A stretch of 64,000 bases of DNA, from contig JBAYKW010000007.1 in the NCBI GenBank assembly GCA_041664365.1, positions 434 to 64,433 of the forward strand. Direction: 5' to 3'. Positions 1-9,504 of this stretch are shown here, piece by piece. Positions within the stretch are counted from its first letter, which is position 1, and the number at the start of each line of letters is the position of its first letter. Both the position numbers and the translations under genes were made by a program. The DNA comes from Patescibacteria group bacterium (GTDB taxonomy: Bacteria > Patescibacteriota > Patescibacteriia > UM-FILTER-42-10). The notes under the pieces are model-generated. The model made no database searches. It saw only the letters and a list, made by a program, of their open reading frames with translations, and had not been told where the DNA came from.

Positions 1-1124
1 TCCTTGCCGTAATTTAAATCTTTCATTAATTTTGTCGGTGCATTGCGCAGGACCAATGGCACACCCAGACTGCTGGTTTCTTGTGCGTCTCTCGCCGCTT
101 TCTCGTAGGCAGTATAGAGAGTATTAGATTTTTTTGCCTGGGCCAGATAAACCACCACCTGCGCCAGAGCAAGCTTGCCTTCGGGCATACCAATAAAGTG
201 CACGGCGTCTTTCGCGGCATTGGCATAAACCAAAGCTTTGTTATCCGCCAAGCCGATATCTTCCGAAGCAAAGCGTACCAGCCTCCTGGCAACATATAAT
301 GGATCCTCGCCGGCTTCCAGCATTCTGGCCAGCCAATAAAGGGCCGCGTCTGCATCCGAGTCTCTCAAACATTTATGCAAAGCGGAAATAATATTGTAAT
401 GCTCTTCACCATTTTTATCGTAGTATAAAATGGTATTCTGGATTGCTTCTTTTATATCTTTTTCATTCAATTCATAGTTCTTCTTTCCATTACTGGCGAT
501 CTCAATCGTAGTTAAAAGACTGCGCGCATCACCACCGGAAAATTTAATCAGAACATTCTTCCCTTTACGGTTTATTTTTAATTTTTGCTCGCCCAGTCCG
601 CGCGTTTTATCTTTCAGCGCCAGGTTAATAATTTTTTCCTGATCACTTCCGGATAATGGCTTAAAAGTCAGCACTCTGGATCTGGATAACAGCGCTGAGT
701 TAATAGTAAAAGACGGATTCTCTGTTGTAGCGCCGATCAGCGTCAAAATTCCCTTCTCTACATAAGGTAATAATACGTCCTGCTGAGCTTTATTAAATCT
801 GTGTATTTCATCCAGAAATAGAATTGTTTTCTGTTTCAAGAATTCCGCATCTTGTTTTGCATTTTCAGCGATCTTTTTTATTTCAGCCACTCCAATCAAG
901 ACGGCACTACTGGCGACAAACCGGCACTTAAATTCATTACTGAGTATCCTGGCTAGAGTTGTTTTACCGATCCCCGGCGGCCCCCAGAAGATCAAAGATG
1001 CAAGCGTCTGATTGGCAATCATCTGTTCCAATATCTTATCTTTGGCCAGAATATGTTCCTGCCCAAAAAATTCCGATAATTTTTGTGGCCTCAATCTCTC
1101 CGCTAATGGACTTAATTCTTTCAT
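1..1124 (-). CDS. rarA: Replication-associated recombination protein A (AAA+ ATPase RarA/MgsA); C-terminus runs off the window
   Basis: Own reverse-complement translation from the ATG at 1124-1122: MKELSPLAERLRPQKLSEFFGQEHILAKDK...WGPPGIGKTTLARIL...ATTENPSF...; Walker A present; the start overlaps the UDG stop as ATGA. Not in the ORF track because it has no stop inside the window. Confidence 0.85.
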   Translation of the reverse strand, partial: MKELSPLAERLRPQKLSEFFGQEHILAKDKILEQMIANQTLASLIFWGPPGIGKTTLARILSNEFKCRFVASSAVLIGVAEIKKIAENAKQDAEFLKQKTILFLDEIHRFNKAQQDVLLPYVEKGILTLIGATTENPSFTINSALLSRSRVLTFKPLSGSDQEKIINLALKDKTRGLGEQKLKINRKGKNVLIKFSGGDARSLLTTIEIASNGKKNYELNEKDIKEAIQNTILYYDKNGEEHYNIISALHKCLRDSDADAALYWLARMLEAGEDPLYVARRLVRFASEDIGLADNKALVYANAAKDAVHFIGMPEGKLALAQVVVYLAQAKKSNTLYTAYEKAARDAQETSSLGVPLVLRNAPTKLMKDLNYGK

Positions 1125-1699
1125 AGTGTATCTATTTTTTCCAAAATCTTCGGAATCTTTTTAAAATCCTTAATCAAAGTTTCGCGCAGACCGCCGTTAT
1201 ACAAAGCGGCCGCCGGATGATAGAGCGGGAGGTAAGTCTGTTTTTCTCCTGTTGATTCATTAATCAGTCTTTTTGGCTGGCCATGTATGTCAGATATAAA
1301 TCTCCCGGGAATAAAAAACTCCATCGCGTGCCGGCCGAGTGTGATGATTAATTTTGGTTTGATTATCTTTATTTGTGCGTATAAATAACTGCCCGAGCAA
1401 GTCTGCACTTCTTCTGGCAACGGATCACGATTTTCCGGCGGTCGGCACTTAACAACATTAGTGATAAATACATCCTCCCGTTTCATCCCGATCGTATTCA
1501 GCATTTCCTCCAGAAATTTCCCCGCCTGTCCGACAAAAGGAAGTCCTTGCTCATCTTCATTTTTACCGGGGCCTTCACCGACGAACATTAAATCAGCATT
1601 CGGATTGCCGGAACCGGGCACTGCATGCGTTCTTTTTTCGAACAATACACACTTCTGGCATATTTTGATTTGTTCAGCAATTTTTTCTAATTCGGTCAT
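1121..1699 (-). CDS. Uracil-DNA glycosylase, family 4/5 type
   Basis: 192 aa; motifs GEGPG...FVG, HPAAALY; Cys-rich N-terminus CQKC typical of family 4 UDG. Confidence 0.8.
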   Translation of the reverse strand: MTELEKIAEQIKICQKCVLFEKRTHAVPGSGNPNADLMFVGEGPGKNEDEQGLPFVGQAGKFLEEMLNTIGMKREDVFITNVVKCRPPENRDPLPEEVQTCSGSYLYAQIKIIKPKLIITLGRHAMEFFIPGRFISDIHGQPKRLINESTGEKQTYLPLYHPAAALYNGGLRETLIKDFKKIPKILEKIDTL

Positions 1700-1714
1700 A
1701 GGATTGTTGTTGAT

Positions 1715-2095
1715 CTATTTACCGGTTAATGTCGCCACCTTCTCCACAATTTGAGCTGGAACTACTTTTGACTTTATTATATAATCTACCGCGCCCAGTT
1801 TCAATGCCTCGTCAACAACTTCCTTTTTGTCCAGATTTGAAAACACAATCACCGGGATACTTTCAGTCTTTATATTCTGCTTTATTTCTCTAAGTACCTG
1901 CATACCGTCCTCATTGAAAAGAATTATATCCAAAAGAATTACATCCGGCTTTTGTTCCCGAGCCATTTTACAACCGGATTCACCGCCTTCGGCAGAGATG
2001 AAGTCATAACTTTCCAAGCGAAATTTTGCACCATACAACTGGGCCTGATTTACATCATCTTCTATCATCAAAATTTTATATTTCCTGGCAGTCAC
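1715..2095 (-). CDS. Single-domain response regulator (CheY-like receiver)
   Basis: 126 aa; KILMIEDD...DVILLDIILF; adjacent to the histidine kinase. Confidence 0.75.
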   Translation of the reverse strand: MTARKYKILMIEDDVNQAQLYGAKFRLESYDFISAEGGESGCKMAREQKPDVILLDIILFNEDGMQVLREIKQNIKTESIPVIVFSNLDKKEVVDEALKLGAVDYIIKSKVVPAQIVEKVATLTGK

Positions 2096-2100
2096 TTTGA

Positions 2101-3234
2101 TTATTTAGATTTTGCCAAAAGATTAAATTCCACACAAAATTTGGTCCCCTTATTTTCTGTACTCTCCATCCAAATTTTTGCTCCCGGATGTTTATCAATT
2201 ATCCCCTTCACAATAAACAGCCCCAATCCGGAACCATCAGTATAGGCGCTCCTGGCGTTACTCGCTCTGATAAATTTCTTAAAAACCTTATTCTGATCCT
2301 CCTCCGGAATGCCAATACCGGTATCCTGCACTGTCAAAATTGCTTTTGTTTTTTTCTTTACTAAAAATACTGAGATCGTACCCTTGTTTGTATATTTGAT
2401 TGCATTGTCCAAAATATTATTGATCGCCTCCTCAATATACCTTAAACTGCCACGCATCATCATTGGTTTCGCCGGTTTGCGCCAGACAAGCTTCAACTTC
2501 TTATTCTTAATATCCAGACTGTGCTGCACGACTATCTTTTCAATCAGTTCAGTTAAATCAAATTTATCACTTAAACTCATTGCCTTTTCACCGGCCGTAT
2601 CCATCTCTGAAGCCATTAAGATATCATTGATTATCTCCTCCAGTTTAATACTCTTCTGATACATCCCGTCAATGAACTTAGCTTTTTCTATTTGTTTCAT
2701 TTTGTCCAGATCACCATCTCTCAGCATGGCCAATGTACCCTTAATAACTGACGTGGGTGTTCTCAATTGATGTGAAGCGATGTCCAAAAATTCAGAACGC
2801 ATCTCAATAAGCTTCATCATGCGGTCGGCCTTTTTCTGGATTTCTCTGGTTTGTTCTTTAACCCTGTCTTCCAGTTCATTTGAAAGCTGCTTTAGACTTT
2901 CCTTCGTTTTCTTTTCAAAAAAATTAGATTTAATTATTTTCTCCGTGCTCTTATTGAAGAAATAGCCATAAACGATGACCAGGGAAAAAATTATAATGAT
3001 AGCTGAAACAGAAATATTTTTATCAACCAGATAAAATAACAGGAAAGAAAAACAAATCAGAACCATACTGATCACCTGATACTGCAAAAACAAGCATTTG
3101 CGGAATCTTAATTCACAATACTGGCAACGTTTATAGGGAAGAGAATTAAGATTATTTACCAACCAACAGTTTCTATTAAGATAACAACTCTTTCCAATTT
3201 CTTTTTCCCCGTTTTGTTTTTTTATTTTGCTCAT
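2101..3234 (-). CDS. Sensor histidine kinase with Cys-rich N-terminus and two TM helices
   Basis: 377 aa; H-box EFLDIASHQLRTP; HATPase_c G-boxes (DTGIGI, GSGLGL); N-terminal CYLNRNC...CQYC...C cluster. Confidence 0.8.
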   Translation of the reverse strand: MSKIKKQNGEKEIGKSCYLNRNCWLVNNLNSLPYKRCQYCELRFRKCLFLQYQVISMVLICFSFLLFYLVDKNISVSAIIIIFSLVIVYGYFFNKSTEKIIKSNFFEKKTKESLKQLSNELEDRVKEQTREIQKKADRMMKLIEMRSEFLDIASHQLRTPTSVIKGTLAMLRDGDLDKMKQIEKAKFIDGMYQKSIKLEEIINDILMASEMDTAGEKAMSLSDKFDLTELIEKIVVQHSLDIKNKKLKLVWRKPAKPMMMRGSLRYIEEAINNILDNAIKYTNKGTISVFLVKKKTKAILTVQDTGIGIPEEDQNKVFKKFIRASNARSAYTDGSGLGLFIVKGIIDKHPGAKIWMESTENKGTKFCVEFNLLAKSK

Positions 3235-3237
3235 TAA

Positions 3238-3678
3238 TTAAGAGCTGATTTTATTTTTGCTAAAAATCTTTTTTAAAACTATATACATCAGCGTCGCAAC
3301 GCAAAACCCGACCAGACAGGCCAGAAAGATCATTAGATCAACAACCAGTATGTAAATCCAGGCAAAATTAGTCAGCTCGGTGAAATGTAAAAGCAAAAAA
3401 CCGACCAACAGCAGCACCCCGGTAGCGGCGGCAACAAAATTCAACTCCCCCAATTCTTTCTGTATTGGTTCAACTTTTTTCTTAAAAATACCTTTAGAAA
3501 CCATGGCGTGAATTTGATATGGGATGTTCAGTTTTAAGGAAAAAGCACCAAAAATCGCCAAAAGCGCCACAATTAAAACCAACCATTTATTATGAATGAA
3601 AAAAGCGAGCAGAACCAGAACACCATAAGTAGCCCGGGAAAATTTCAGAGATTTATCATAAATTGAACATTGTTGCAT
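3238..3678 (-). CDS. Small polytopic membrane protein, unknown function
   Basis: 146 aa, about 4 hydrophobic segments. Confidence 0.5.
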   Translation of the reverse strand: MQQCSIYDKSLKFSRATYGVLVLLAFFIHNKWLVLIVALLAIFGAFSLKLNIPYQIHAMVSKGIFKKKVEPIQKELGELNFVAAATGVLLLVGFLLLHFTELTNFAWIYILVVDLMIFLACLVGFCVATLMYIVLKKIFSKNKISS

Positions 3679-3684
3679 ATTTTT

Positions 3685-5070
3685 TTATTTAACGGATAAT
3701 TTATTGTCCTCGATAATTTTACCAACAGCCAAACACGCCTTTCGCACATCTTTAATATTATTATATATATAGAAGCTTAATCTGCAGCTGGCCGGGGGAT
3801 TCAATTCATAAAAGTGATGAGCCAGAGTGGCACAATGGCATCCGGCTCTGGATTCAATATCCAGCTTGTTTAATTCTTCCGCTATCTTAAACGGGCTTAT
3901 GTCCGGATGGTTAAAAGCCACCAGACAGGTCCTGGCTCCCGGGTCCTTCGGTCCGTATATTTTTAACGAAGGGATTTGTGACAATATTGTCAGTGCTTCA
4001 CCAATTAATTCCTTCTCATGAACTTCAACAACATTCATCGTCTTTCTAATATCTGAGATATCCAATTTTTTTCCAGTCATAAAATACAAACTCTTCCCGT
4101 TATTCAAGGCAAAATCCATCAACAGCCTCAAAGTCTGAGCGGATAAAATCGTCCCTAAGATATTAGGGGTGCCCGCGGTGAACTTCCAGGGGAGCACATT
4201 GTATTCCACTTTCTCCGGCGCAACCTTCCCTTCCGCGATCATGTCACCGCCATAAAGAAATGGTTTCATTTGTTCTAATAGTTCTTCTCTGGCATACAGC
4301 GCGCCGACACCAAAGGGTGACATAATTTTATGAAAAGACCAAGCCAGAAAATCCACGCCCAATTCTTTCACATCCACAAAAACATTTGGGACCATCTGCG
4401 CACCGTCAATTAAAAGTAATGATTTTTTTTCTCCATTCGGCTGACTATATCCGCTGGTATCGGCAATCGCCCTGATTTCTTTGACCGGATTCTTAGTACC
4501 CAAAAAATTTGATGCCCCGGTACAGCAAATCAGTTTCGTTCTTTCATCCACAATTGATTTTAAATGCGCGAGGTCCAGCTGTCCAGTTTCTTTATCAAAT
4601 TTTGCTATCCTGCATTCAACATTCACCCCGAACTTTGGTAATATTTCTTTCGTCAATCCATACCATGGAACGTAATTTGAATTATGTTCCATAAATGTCG
4701 TGACTACATTATCTCCGTCTCTAAACTCGGTCATTAGAGAATACATGACTGAATTAATCGCTTCCGTTGTATTTCTGTATAAAATTATATTCCTTTTGGA
4801 TGGAGCGCCAATAAACTGAGCAATAGTATCATAAGATGATTCAAATAATTCCGTAGTTTCTATTGAGGACTGCGACTGACCCCGATGGACATTGTCATAT
4901 TTTACAATGAGTCTTTTCAGCAAATCCAATAACTGGACCGGGGCCTGCGTACTCGCTGCATTATTAGAAAGCACCCTCCCGTACTTTATCGCCGGAAAGG
5001 ATTTTCGTATTCTGTCAGTATTAATCATAAAATTATTATATTTTATATAATTGATCCTGCAAAAAAACAT
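3685..5070 (-). CDS. sufS: Cysteine desulfurase, SufS/class V aminotransferase family (true start possibly the internal ATG at 5028)
   Basis: PLP-lysine context SFHKIMSPFG, catalytic Cys in RAGCHCA; no Shine-Dalgarno before either candidate start. Confidence 0.75.
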   Translation of the reverse strand: MFFCRINYIKYNNFMINTDRIRKSFPAIKYGRVLSNNAASTQAPVQLLDLLKRLIVKYDNVHRGQSQSSIETTELFESSYDTIAQFIGAPSKRNIILYRNTTEAINSVMYSLMTEFRDGDNVVTTFMEHNSNYVPWYGLTKEILPKFGVNVECRIAKFDKETGQLDLAHLKSIVDERTKLICCTGASNFLGTKNPVKEIRAIADTSGYSQPNGEKKSLLLIDGAQMVPNVFVDVKELGVDFLAWSFHKIMSPFGVGALYAREELLEQMKPFLYGGDMIAEGKVAPEKVEYNVLPWKFTAGTPNILGTILSAQTLRLLMDFALNNGKSLYFMTGKKLDISDIRKTMNVVEVHEKELIGEALTILSQIPSLKIYGPKDPGARTCLVAFNHPDISPFKIAEELNKLDIESRAGCHCATLAHHFYELNPPASCRLSFYIYNNIKDVRKACLAVGKIIEDNKLSVK

Positions 5071-5231
5071 TAAACAACACTATCATTATAGCCACTTGGT
5101 CCGTTATAAGCAATATATTAGCCAAAACCAACAAGCCAGCCAATCGACTATACGATGTCTGGTTTTCGGCAAATTATAGGATTGCTACTTCTTTTATCAA
5201 CAAAAATGGTGGCCGATCTCGAATTTATCAA

Positions 5232-6014
5232 TCAGTACCTGCTAACTATCTTCAGTAAATTATTATGCACCTTACCGTTTGAGGCAAGCATATCTTTCGA
5301 GCTCAAGCTCCACTCATTACCCTTGAAGTCCGTCACCTTACCACCGGCCTCCCTGACTAATAAGACGCCCGCACCTACATCCCAAGGATGAGCGCCAGGG
5401 ATCACGATTGTTTCCGTCCGACCGTCCGCGACAAAACCGAGTTCGATTGACGCAGCGCCCAGTTGTCGGATATCTCGGCCATCATGTTTTAGTCTGCTGT
5501 AAATTGCGATTGCCCTTTTCCTGTCCTCTGTCCTGTGGCCATGACAATAAGTAAGCATTGATTCTCCGACGGTACTTAACTTGGACACCTTTAATTTCTT
5601 GCCGTTCAAAAATGCACCTTTACCTTTTTCCGCAACATAAAGTTCTTTCATGAACGGTGCGTAGACAACCCCGAGCACTACCTCGTCATTTTTAAAAACC
5701 GCGATTGAAACAGCGTACAACGGATTGCCCATAGAATAGTTTGTAGTGCCATCCAGCGGATCAACAACCCAAAGGTACTCTGATTTTCTTTTTTTGCCAC
5801 CACCTTCTTCGCTCAACACACTATGATCAGGATAATTCTTCTTTATATGTTTTAAAACAATTTTTTCCGCCCGATAATCTTCCGACGTCACTATTTCATG
5901 TTTATCTTTAAACTGCACATCTTTGGAAGAAATATTGTGAAATCTCTTTAATAAAGATGCACCGGCCTCTCTTGCCGCTCTTATGGCTACTTGCTTCATG
6001 ATATGTTGTCTCAA
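5232..6014 (-). CDS. suhB: Inositol monophosphatase family protein (SuhB-like)
   Basis: WVVDPLDGTTNY and VSEEGG motifs. Confidence 0.8.
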   Translation of the reverse strand: MRQHIMKQVAIRAAREAGASLLKRFHNISSKDVQFKDKHEIVTSEDYRAEKIVLKHIKKNYPDHSVLSEEGGGKKRKSEYLWVVDPLDGTTNYSMGNPLYAVSIAVFKNDEVVLGVVYAPFMKELYVAEKGKGAFLNGKKLKVSKLSTVGESMLTYCHGHRTEDRKRAIAIYSRLKHDGRDIRQLGAASIELGFVADGRTETIVIPGAHPWDVGAGVLLVREAGGKVTDFKGNEWSLSSKDMLASNGKVHNNLLKIVSRY

Positions 6015-6037
6015 TGTTAATTGGTTAACTGTAAATA

Positions 6038-6550
6038 TTAATTTCCGATTATGCCCTCAACAAATTGAATTTGTTCTTCTACAGGTTGGCCCATTTGAAG
6101 ATAGTGATAGTCCAGCCCTATTTTTTCGAGTGCCACTTCATGAACTTCCGGGAAATTGCGTTCGAATTTTTTCATCAAAGCTTCCTTATCAATTACTCTA
6201 TCCCTTTTTTCTTCTCTTAATAAACACTCCTCCTTTGATAATAGACAAAGAAAAATATTTAAATCTACAGTGTTATCGATTTTTTTCAGCTGCTCGGCAT
6301 TAAAATCATGATGATTAGTACCTAATTCCAGAATAACGTCTTGGTTAAGCTTTCCTAAGTCAGCATACATTTCCTCATATGCCTTGATTGCCAAACTTTC
6401 ATCCCTCAATTTACCACTCTCATCCTTATATTTCTTAATATATTCATAAACATCATGCAGTTTGAAATTCGGGTATTTTTTCATAAAAGCATTGGCAAAT
6501 GTCGTTTTGCCCGCTCCCGGATAGCCAATCAACACTATAATTTTTTTCAT
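6038..6550 (-). CDS. P-loop NTPase / AAA_33-like small kinase
   Basis: Walker A GYPGAGKTT at the N-terminus, 170 aa. Confidence 0.5.
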   Translation of the reverse strand: MKKIIVLIGYPGAGKTTFANAFMKKYPNFKLHDVYEYIKKYKDESGKLRDESLAIKAYEEMYADLGKLNQDVILELGTNHHDFNAEQLKKIDNTVDLNIFLCLLSKEECLLREEKRDRVIDKEALMKKFERNFPEVHEVALEKIGLDYHYLQMGQPVEEQIQFVEGIIGN

Positions 6551-6551
6551 A

Positions 6552-7274
6552 CTATTTGGGGTTAAACTTCTTTTGTACTCTCAGAGCCCACTCATCCAAA
6601 GGATTTTCTATTCCATATTTTTGGTTCTCCCGCAACCACTTCGAAATGTTCGTCCATGTTAAACCATGGAAACCAAATTGGTTTGTCCAATCGATACCAT
6701 CTTTCTCATTAGATTCAAAGGAAAACTGTTTAGCTAACTCAATTGGCGCAAACACTATGCCTTTCTTTTCTAGATAATCACGAATCTTAACAGAGATAAA
6801 CCAGTCTTCTGGGTCTTTATCTGGTATTTGGATAGAATCATCTTTTTGTAATAATTTGAGTAGTTTTTTACTTCGCAAACTAAACCCGCCATTCCCGACT
6901 GTATATTTTTTATTTTCCCACCATGGAGAGCCAATATAATCATAGCTCAGAAATTTATCAGACCACGCAGAAGGGTTAAGAATAAATCCATCATACTGTA
7001 TTACCAAAACAAAATCGGTATTTATATAGCTATTGATATCTTTGATCATAAAATGGTTATAAGCCTCAATACTATTTATTGGATCAATAGCAACAACATT
7101 TATATTATCACTGCGCAAAGAAGTGAGTAATTTTATCTTGCCGAAGTTAAAATCTTTCATGCAGATTTCCGCTGCTTGAATTAATCTATCTATGTTAATA
7201 CAATCTAGACCAAAAAGTGTTACAGTTGGAAGAAGTGTTTTCATCAGATCGCTCGAAGCAACCGTCCTTTTCAT
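6552..7274 (-). CDS. DUF5672-like (putative nucleotide-sugar transferase fold) protein
   Basis: 240 aa; GNGGFSLRS motif recalled from DUF5672 proteins; family assignment from memory only. Confidence 0.4.
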   Translation of the reverse strand: MKRTVASSDLMKTLLPTVTLFGLDCINIDRLIQAAEICMKDFNFGKIKLLTSLRSDNINVVAIDPINSIEAYNHFMIKDINSYINTDFVLVIQYDGFILNPSAWSDKFLSYDYIGSPWWENKKYTVGNGGFSLRSKKLLKLLQKDDSIQIPDKDPEDWFISVKIRDYLEKKGIVFAPIELAKQFSFESNEKDGIDWTNQFGFHGLTWTNISKWLRENQKYGIENPLDEWALRVQKKFNPK

Positions 7275-7366
7275 GTTATTACGATATATTTATCGGTTAT
7301 AAATAATAGTAGCCTCTCTATCCCTCATAATTTTAACACACTTTCAACAAAATATTAACCAGAAAC

Positions 7367-7395
7367 TTGACAACTTTGTGACAATGATATATCTT
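7367..7395 (+). promoter_or_regulatory. Putative sigma70 promoter (TTGACA -35; TATATC/TATCTT -10 candidates) driving high-GC island 1
   Basis: cTTGACAactttgtgacaatgaTATATCtt read directly from the sequence. Confidence 0.3.
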
Positions 7396-7530
7396 TACTT
7401 AATTAAAGTGCTTTATTACGATAAAGTACCAATCGTTCCTTGATAAGTGAATCATGCGGAATATACCCAAAAAACAAACGACTTTCGGTACAAACCACGA
7501 TCCTCAACCCAAAGACAGGGAGGTGTCATC

Positions 7531-7773
7531 ATGACGATTGACTCGACCAGTATTATTACAGCCCTCAACAACCTGAGCGGAGTCACTCACATTTCGGAAA
7601 ACGGAGGTCTGACGGTCCGAATTCCCGACAACAGCGGGAAAACTGTTCACGTTGCCGTGGACCGCCTTACCGGCATCTGCACCTCGGACGGTCAGGTGGT
7701 CGGAACCCTCCCCACCAGCGAGATCAGCCAGGCGCTTCCTAACTCCATCTTCCCCCACAACCAGAAACGGTGA
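7531..7773 (+). CDS. Small hypothetical protein (80 aa), high-GC; paralog of the next gene
   Basis: Shine-Dalgarno GGGAGG 7 nt before the ATG; shares the motif V.V.R(L/M)TG.CT with the 7845 gene. Confidence 0.5.
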   Translation: MTIDSTSIITALNNLSGVTHISENGGLTVRIPDNSGKTVHVAVDRLTGICTSDGQVVGTLPTSEISQALPNSIFPHNQKR

Positions 7774-7844
7774 GTCGTTCCCCACCAACACTCTCCTCGT
7801 CCGATGACGCGTTCATTCGGAACGCACAGCACAGGAGGGTTACC

Positions 7845-8114
7845 ATGACCAGGCAGCTCATCATCGCCGAGATCTATAGGTACATCCGGTCCATTCAGGA
7901 CCAGGAGCTCGGCGCATGCATCGACGTTACCATCCCTTGGGGTAGGCAAGGTGAGATTTCCGTCCGCGTCGAGCGGATGACCGGTAAGTGCACTAATCTG
8001 CACACCGACATGGAGATGCTGACCATCGACCCTAAAGCCCTCGACGCGGCATTTGCCGTCCGAGCAACGAAGCACGGCATCAATGGAACCGAATCCATGG
8101 GAGCACACGCATGA
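7845..8114 (+). CDS. Small hypothetical protein (89 aa), high-GC; paralog of the 7531 gene
   Basis: Shine-Dalgarno AGGAGGG before the ATG; IDVTIPWGRQGEISVRVERMTGKCTN aligns with LTVRIPDNSGKTVHVAVDRLTGICTS. Confidence 0.5.
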   Translation: MTRQLIIAEIYRYIRSIQDQELGACIDVTIPWGRQGEISVRVERMTGKCTNLHTDMEMLTIDPKALDAAFAVRATKHGINGTESMGAHA

Positions 8115-8154
8115 TTTGCATATCGTTCGTCCCCACCGGACGAAACACAAAAAA

Positions 8155-8207
8155 GGCGACCAACAACTTAAGATCGCAACATCTTCAGAGGTCGCCTCAT
8201 TTTTTTT
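8155..8207. terminator. Two-tier hairpin (GGCGACC...GGTCGCC) followed by T8; bidirectional, serves the island-1 genes and folC
   Basis: An A-run precedes and a T-run follows; the right arm abuts the folC stop at 8197. Confidence 0.6.
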
Positions 8208-9504
8208 CCTTCAAGATTTCACCGATAGTATAAAGTGAGCCGGTAACAATTACTGTTCCATTATTCCCCGCCAATCTCTTCGCCATCACGATACCATCAT
8301 CCAATGAAGCGGTAATTATCCCTTTTGGATAATATTTTTTTAATTTTGATGCACGATAAAAATCCCTAAGATCATCAATCTTCGTTACATCCGGAAAAAT
8401 CAGTTTATCAGAAAATTTTGCCAGCGTACGCAATATAGCCGGTACCTGTTTTTTCGTGTTCTTTATACTGACTAGAAAAACAGTATTATGCGGTTTAACA
8501 CCCACGTCATGCAGTGCCTTGACTAATGCCCTGATGCTGAATAGATTATGCGCACCGTCCAGGATCACCATGGGATTTTTCTGCCAGATCTGGAATCTTG
8601 CCTCGTGCGCGGTGTTTCCGGCAGCTTTAATAATAGCCTGTGGCGGTATCACAAAACCCTGATTACTAAGTTGCCTGGCGGAAGCAAAAGCACAGGCAAA
8701 GTTTTCCGCCTGATGCCTGCCGATCAAGGACAGTCTCAGATTTCGATATATATCACCCTGATAACTGATATTAATATAAGTACCGGTCAAATCGACTTTT
8801 TTGATTGAATATTTTAGATCCTTGTTAATATTAATCAATGAGGCTTTTTTAGCTTTCACTTTATTTTTTATTACTTTCAGCGCGTTACCCTTAGCTGCTG
8901 TTGAAACTGCGTCATTGTTTTGGATTATGCCGGCCTTTTCTCCCGCTATTTTGGTAATTGTATTACCCAGGGATTTTGTGTGATCAAAGCTAATATTGGT
9001 AATGATTTTATTTTTCAAACCAACCGCCGTTGTTGCATCTAGCCGACCGCCCATGCCCACTTCGATAACAACTACATCTGTTTTTTCTTCGGCGAAATAC
9101 TGGACCGCCAGAGCGGTAGTAAACTCAAAAAATGTAACGTGATCTCCGCGTTTGCCGATTTCTTTCAGTAAGGGGATCATCCGGTCGCCGATTTTTTTCA
9201 CTCTCCGAAGAGTAATCGGCCTACCGTTGATCATAATCCTTTCACTGGGCGATACTAAATACGGAGAATAAAATGATCCGGTCTTATACCCAGCTTCCCT
9301 CAGAATCTTTTCTAGAAATGCCACGGCAGAACCCTTTCCTTTTGTGCCAGCTACCTGCACACCGATCAGTTTTTTTTCGGGACTGCCCATTTTCTGAAGC
9401 AGTGATTTGACCCGGTGCAGTTGCAAAAAATCCTTACTGACAAAGCGCGGGTCGTAAGGTTTCAGATATTTTTGGTACTGATTGAATATTTCTTTTGCTC
9501 TCAC
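8197..9504 (-). CDS. folC: Folylpolyglutamate synthase / dihydrofolate synthase
   Basis: Mur-ligase P-loop VAGTKGKGS; 435 aa. Confidence 0.8.
   Translation of the reverse strand: MRAKEIFNQYQKYLKPYDPRFVSKDFLQLHRVKSLLQKMGSPEKKLIGVQVAGTKGKGSAVAFLEKILREAGYKTGSFYSPYLVSPSERIMINGRPITLRRVKKIGDRMIPLLKEIGKRGDHVTFFEFTTALAVQYFAEEKTDVVVIEVGMGGRLDATTAVGLKNKIITNISFDHTKSLGNTITKIAGEKAGIIQNNDAVSTAAKGNALKVIKNKVKAKKASLININKDLKYSIKKVDLTGTYINISYQGDIYRNLRLSLIGRHQAENFACAFASARQLSNQGFVIPPQAIIKAAGNTAHEARFQIWQKNPMVILDGAHNLFSIRALVKALHDVGVKPHNTVFLVSIKNTKKQVPAILRTLAKFSDKLIFPDVTKIDDLRDFYRASKLKKYYPKGIITASLDDGIVMAKRLAGNNGTVIVTGSLYTIGEILKEKK

Noticed and set aside
26-355. ORF-track entries 26..355(-) and 81..299(+)
   Set aside because: They lie inside, and out of frame with or antisense to, the clearly conserved rarA reading frame; spurious.
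7504-8150. Minus-strand ORFs 7504..7791, 7692..8150 and 7895..8098 in island 1
   Set aside because: Antisense to plus-strand ORFs with Shine-Dalgarno support; long spurious ORFs are expected in GC-rich DNA.
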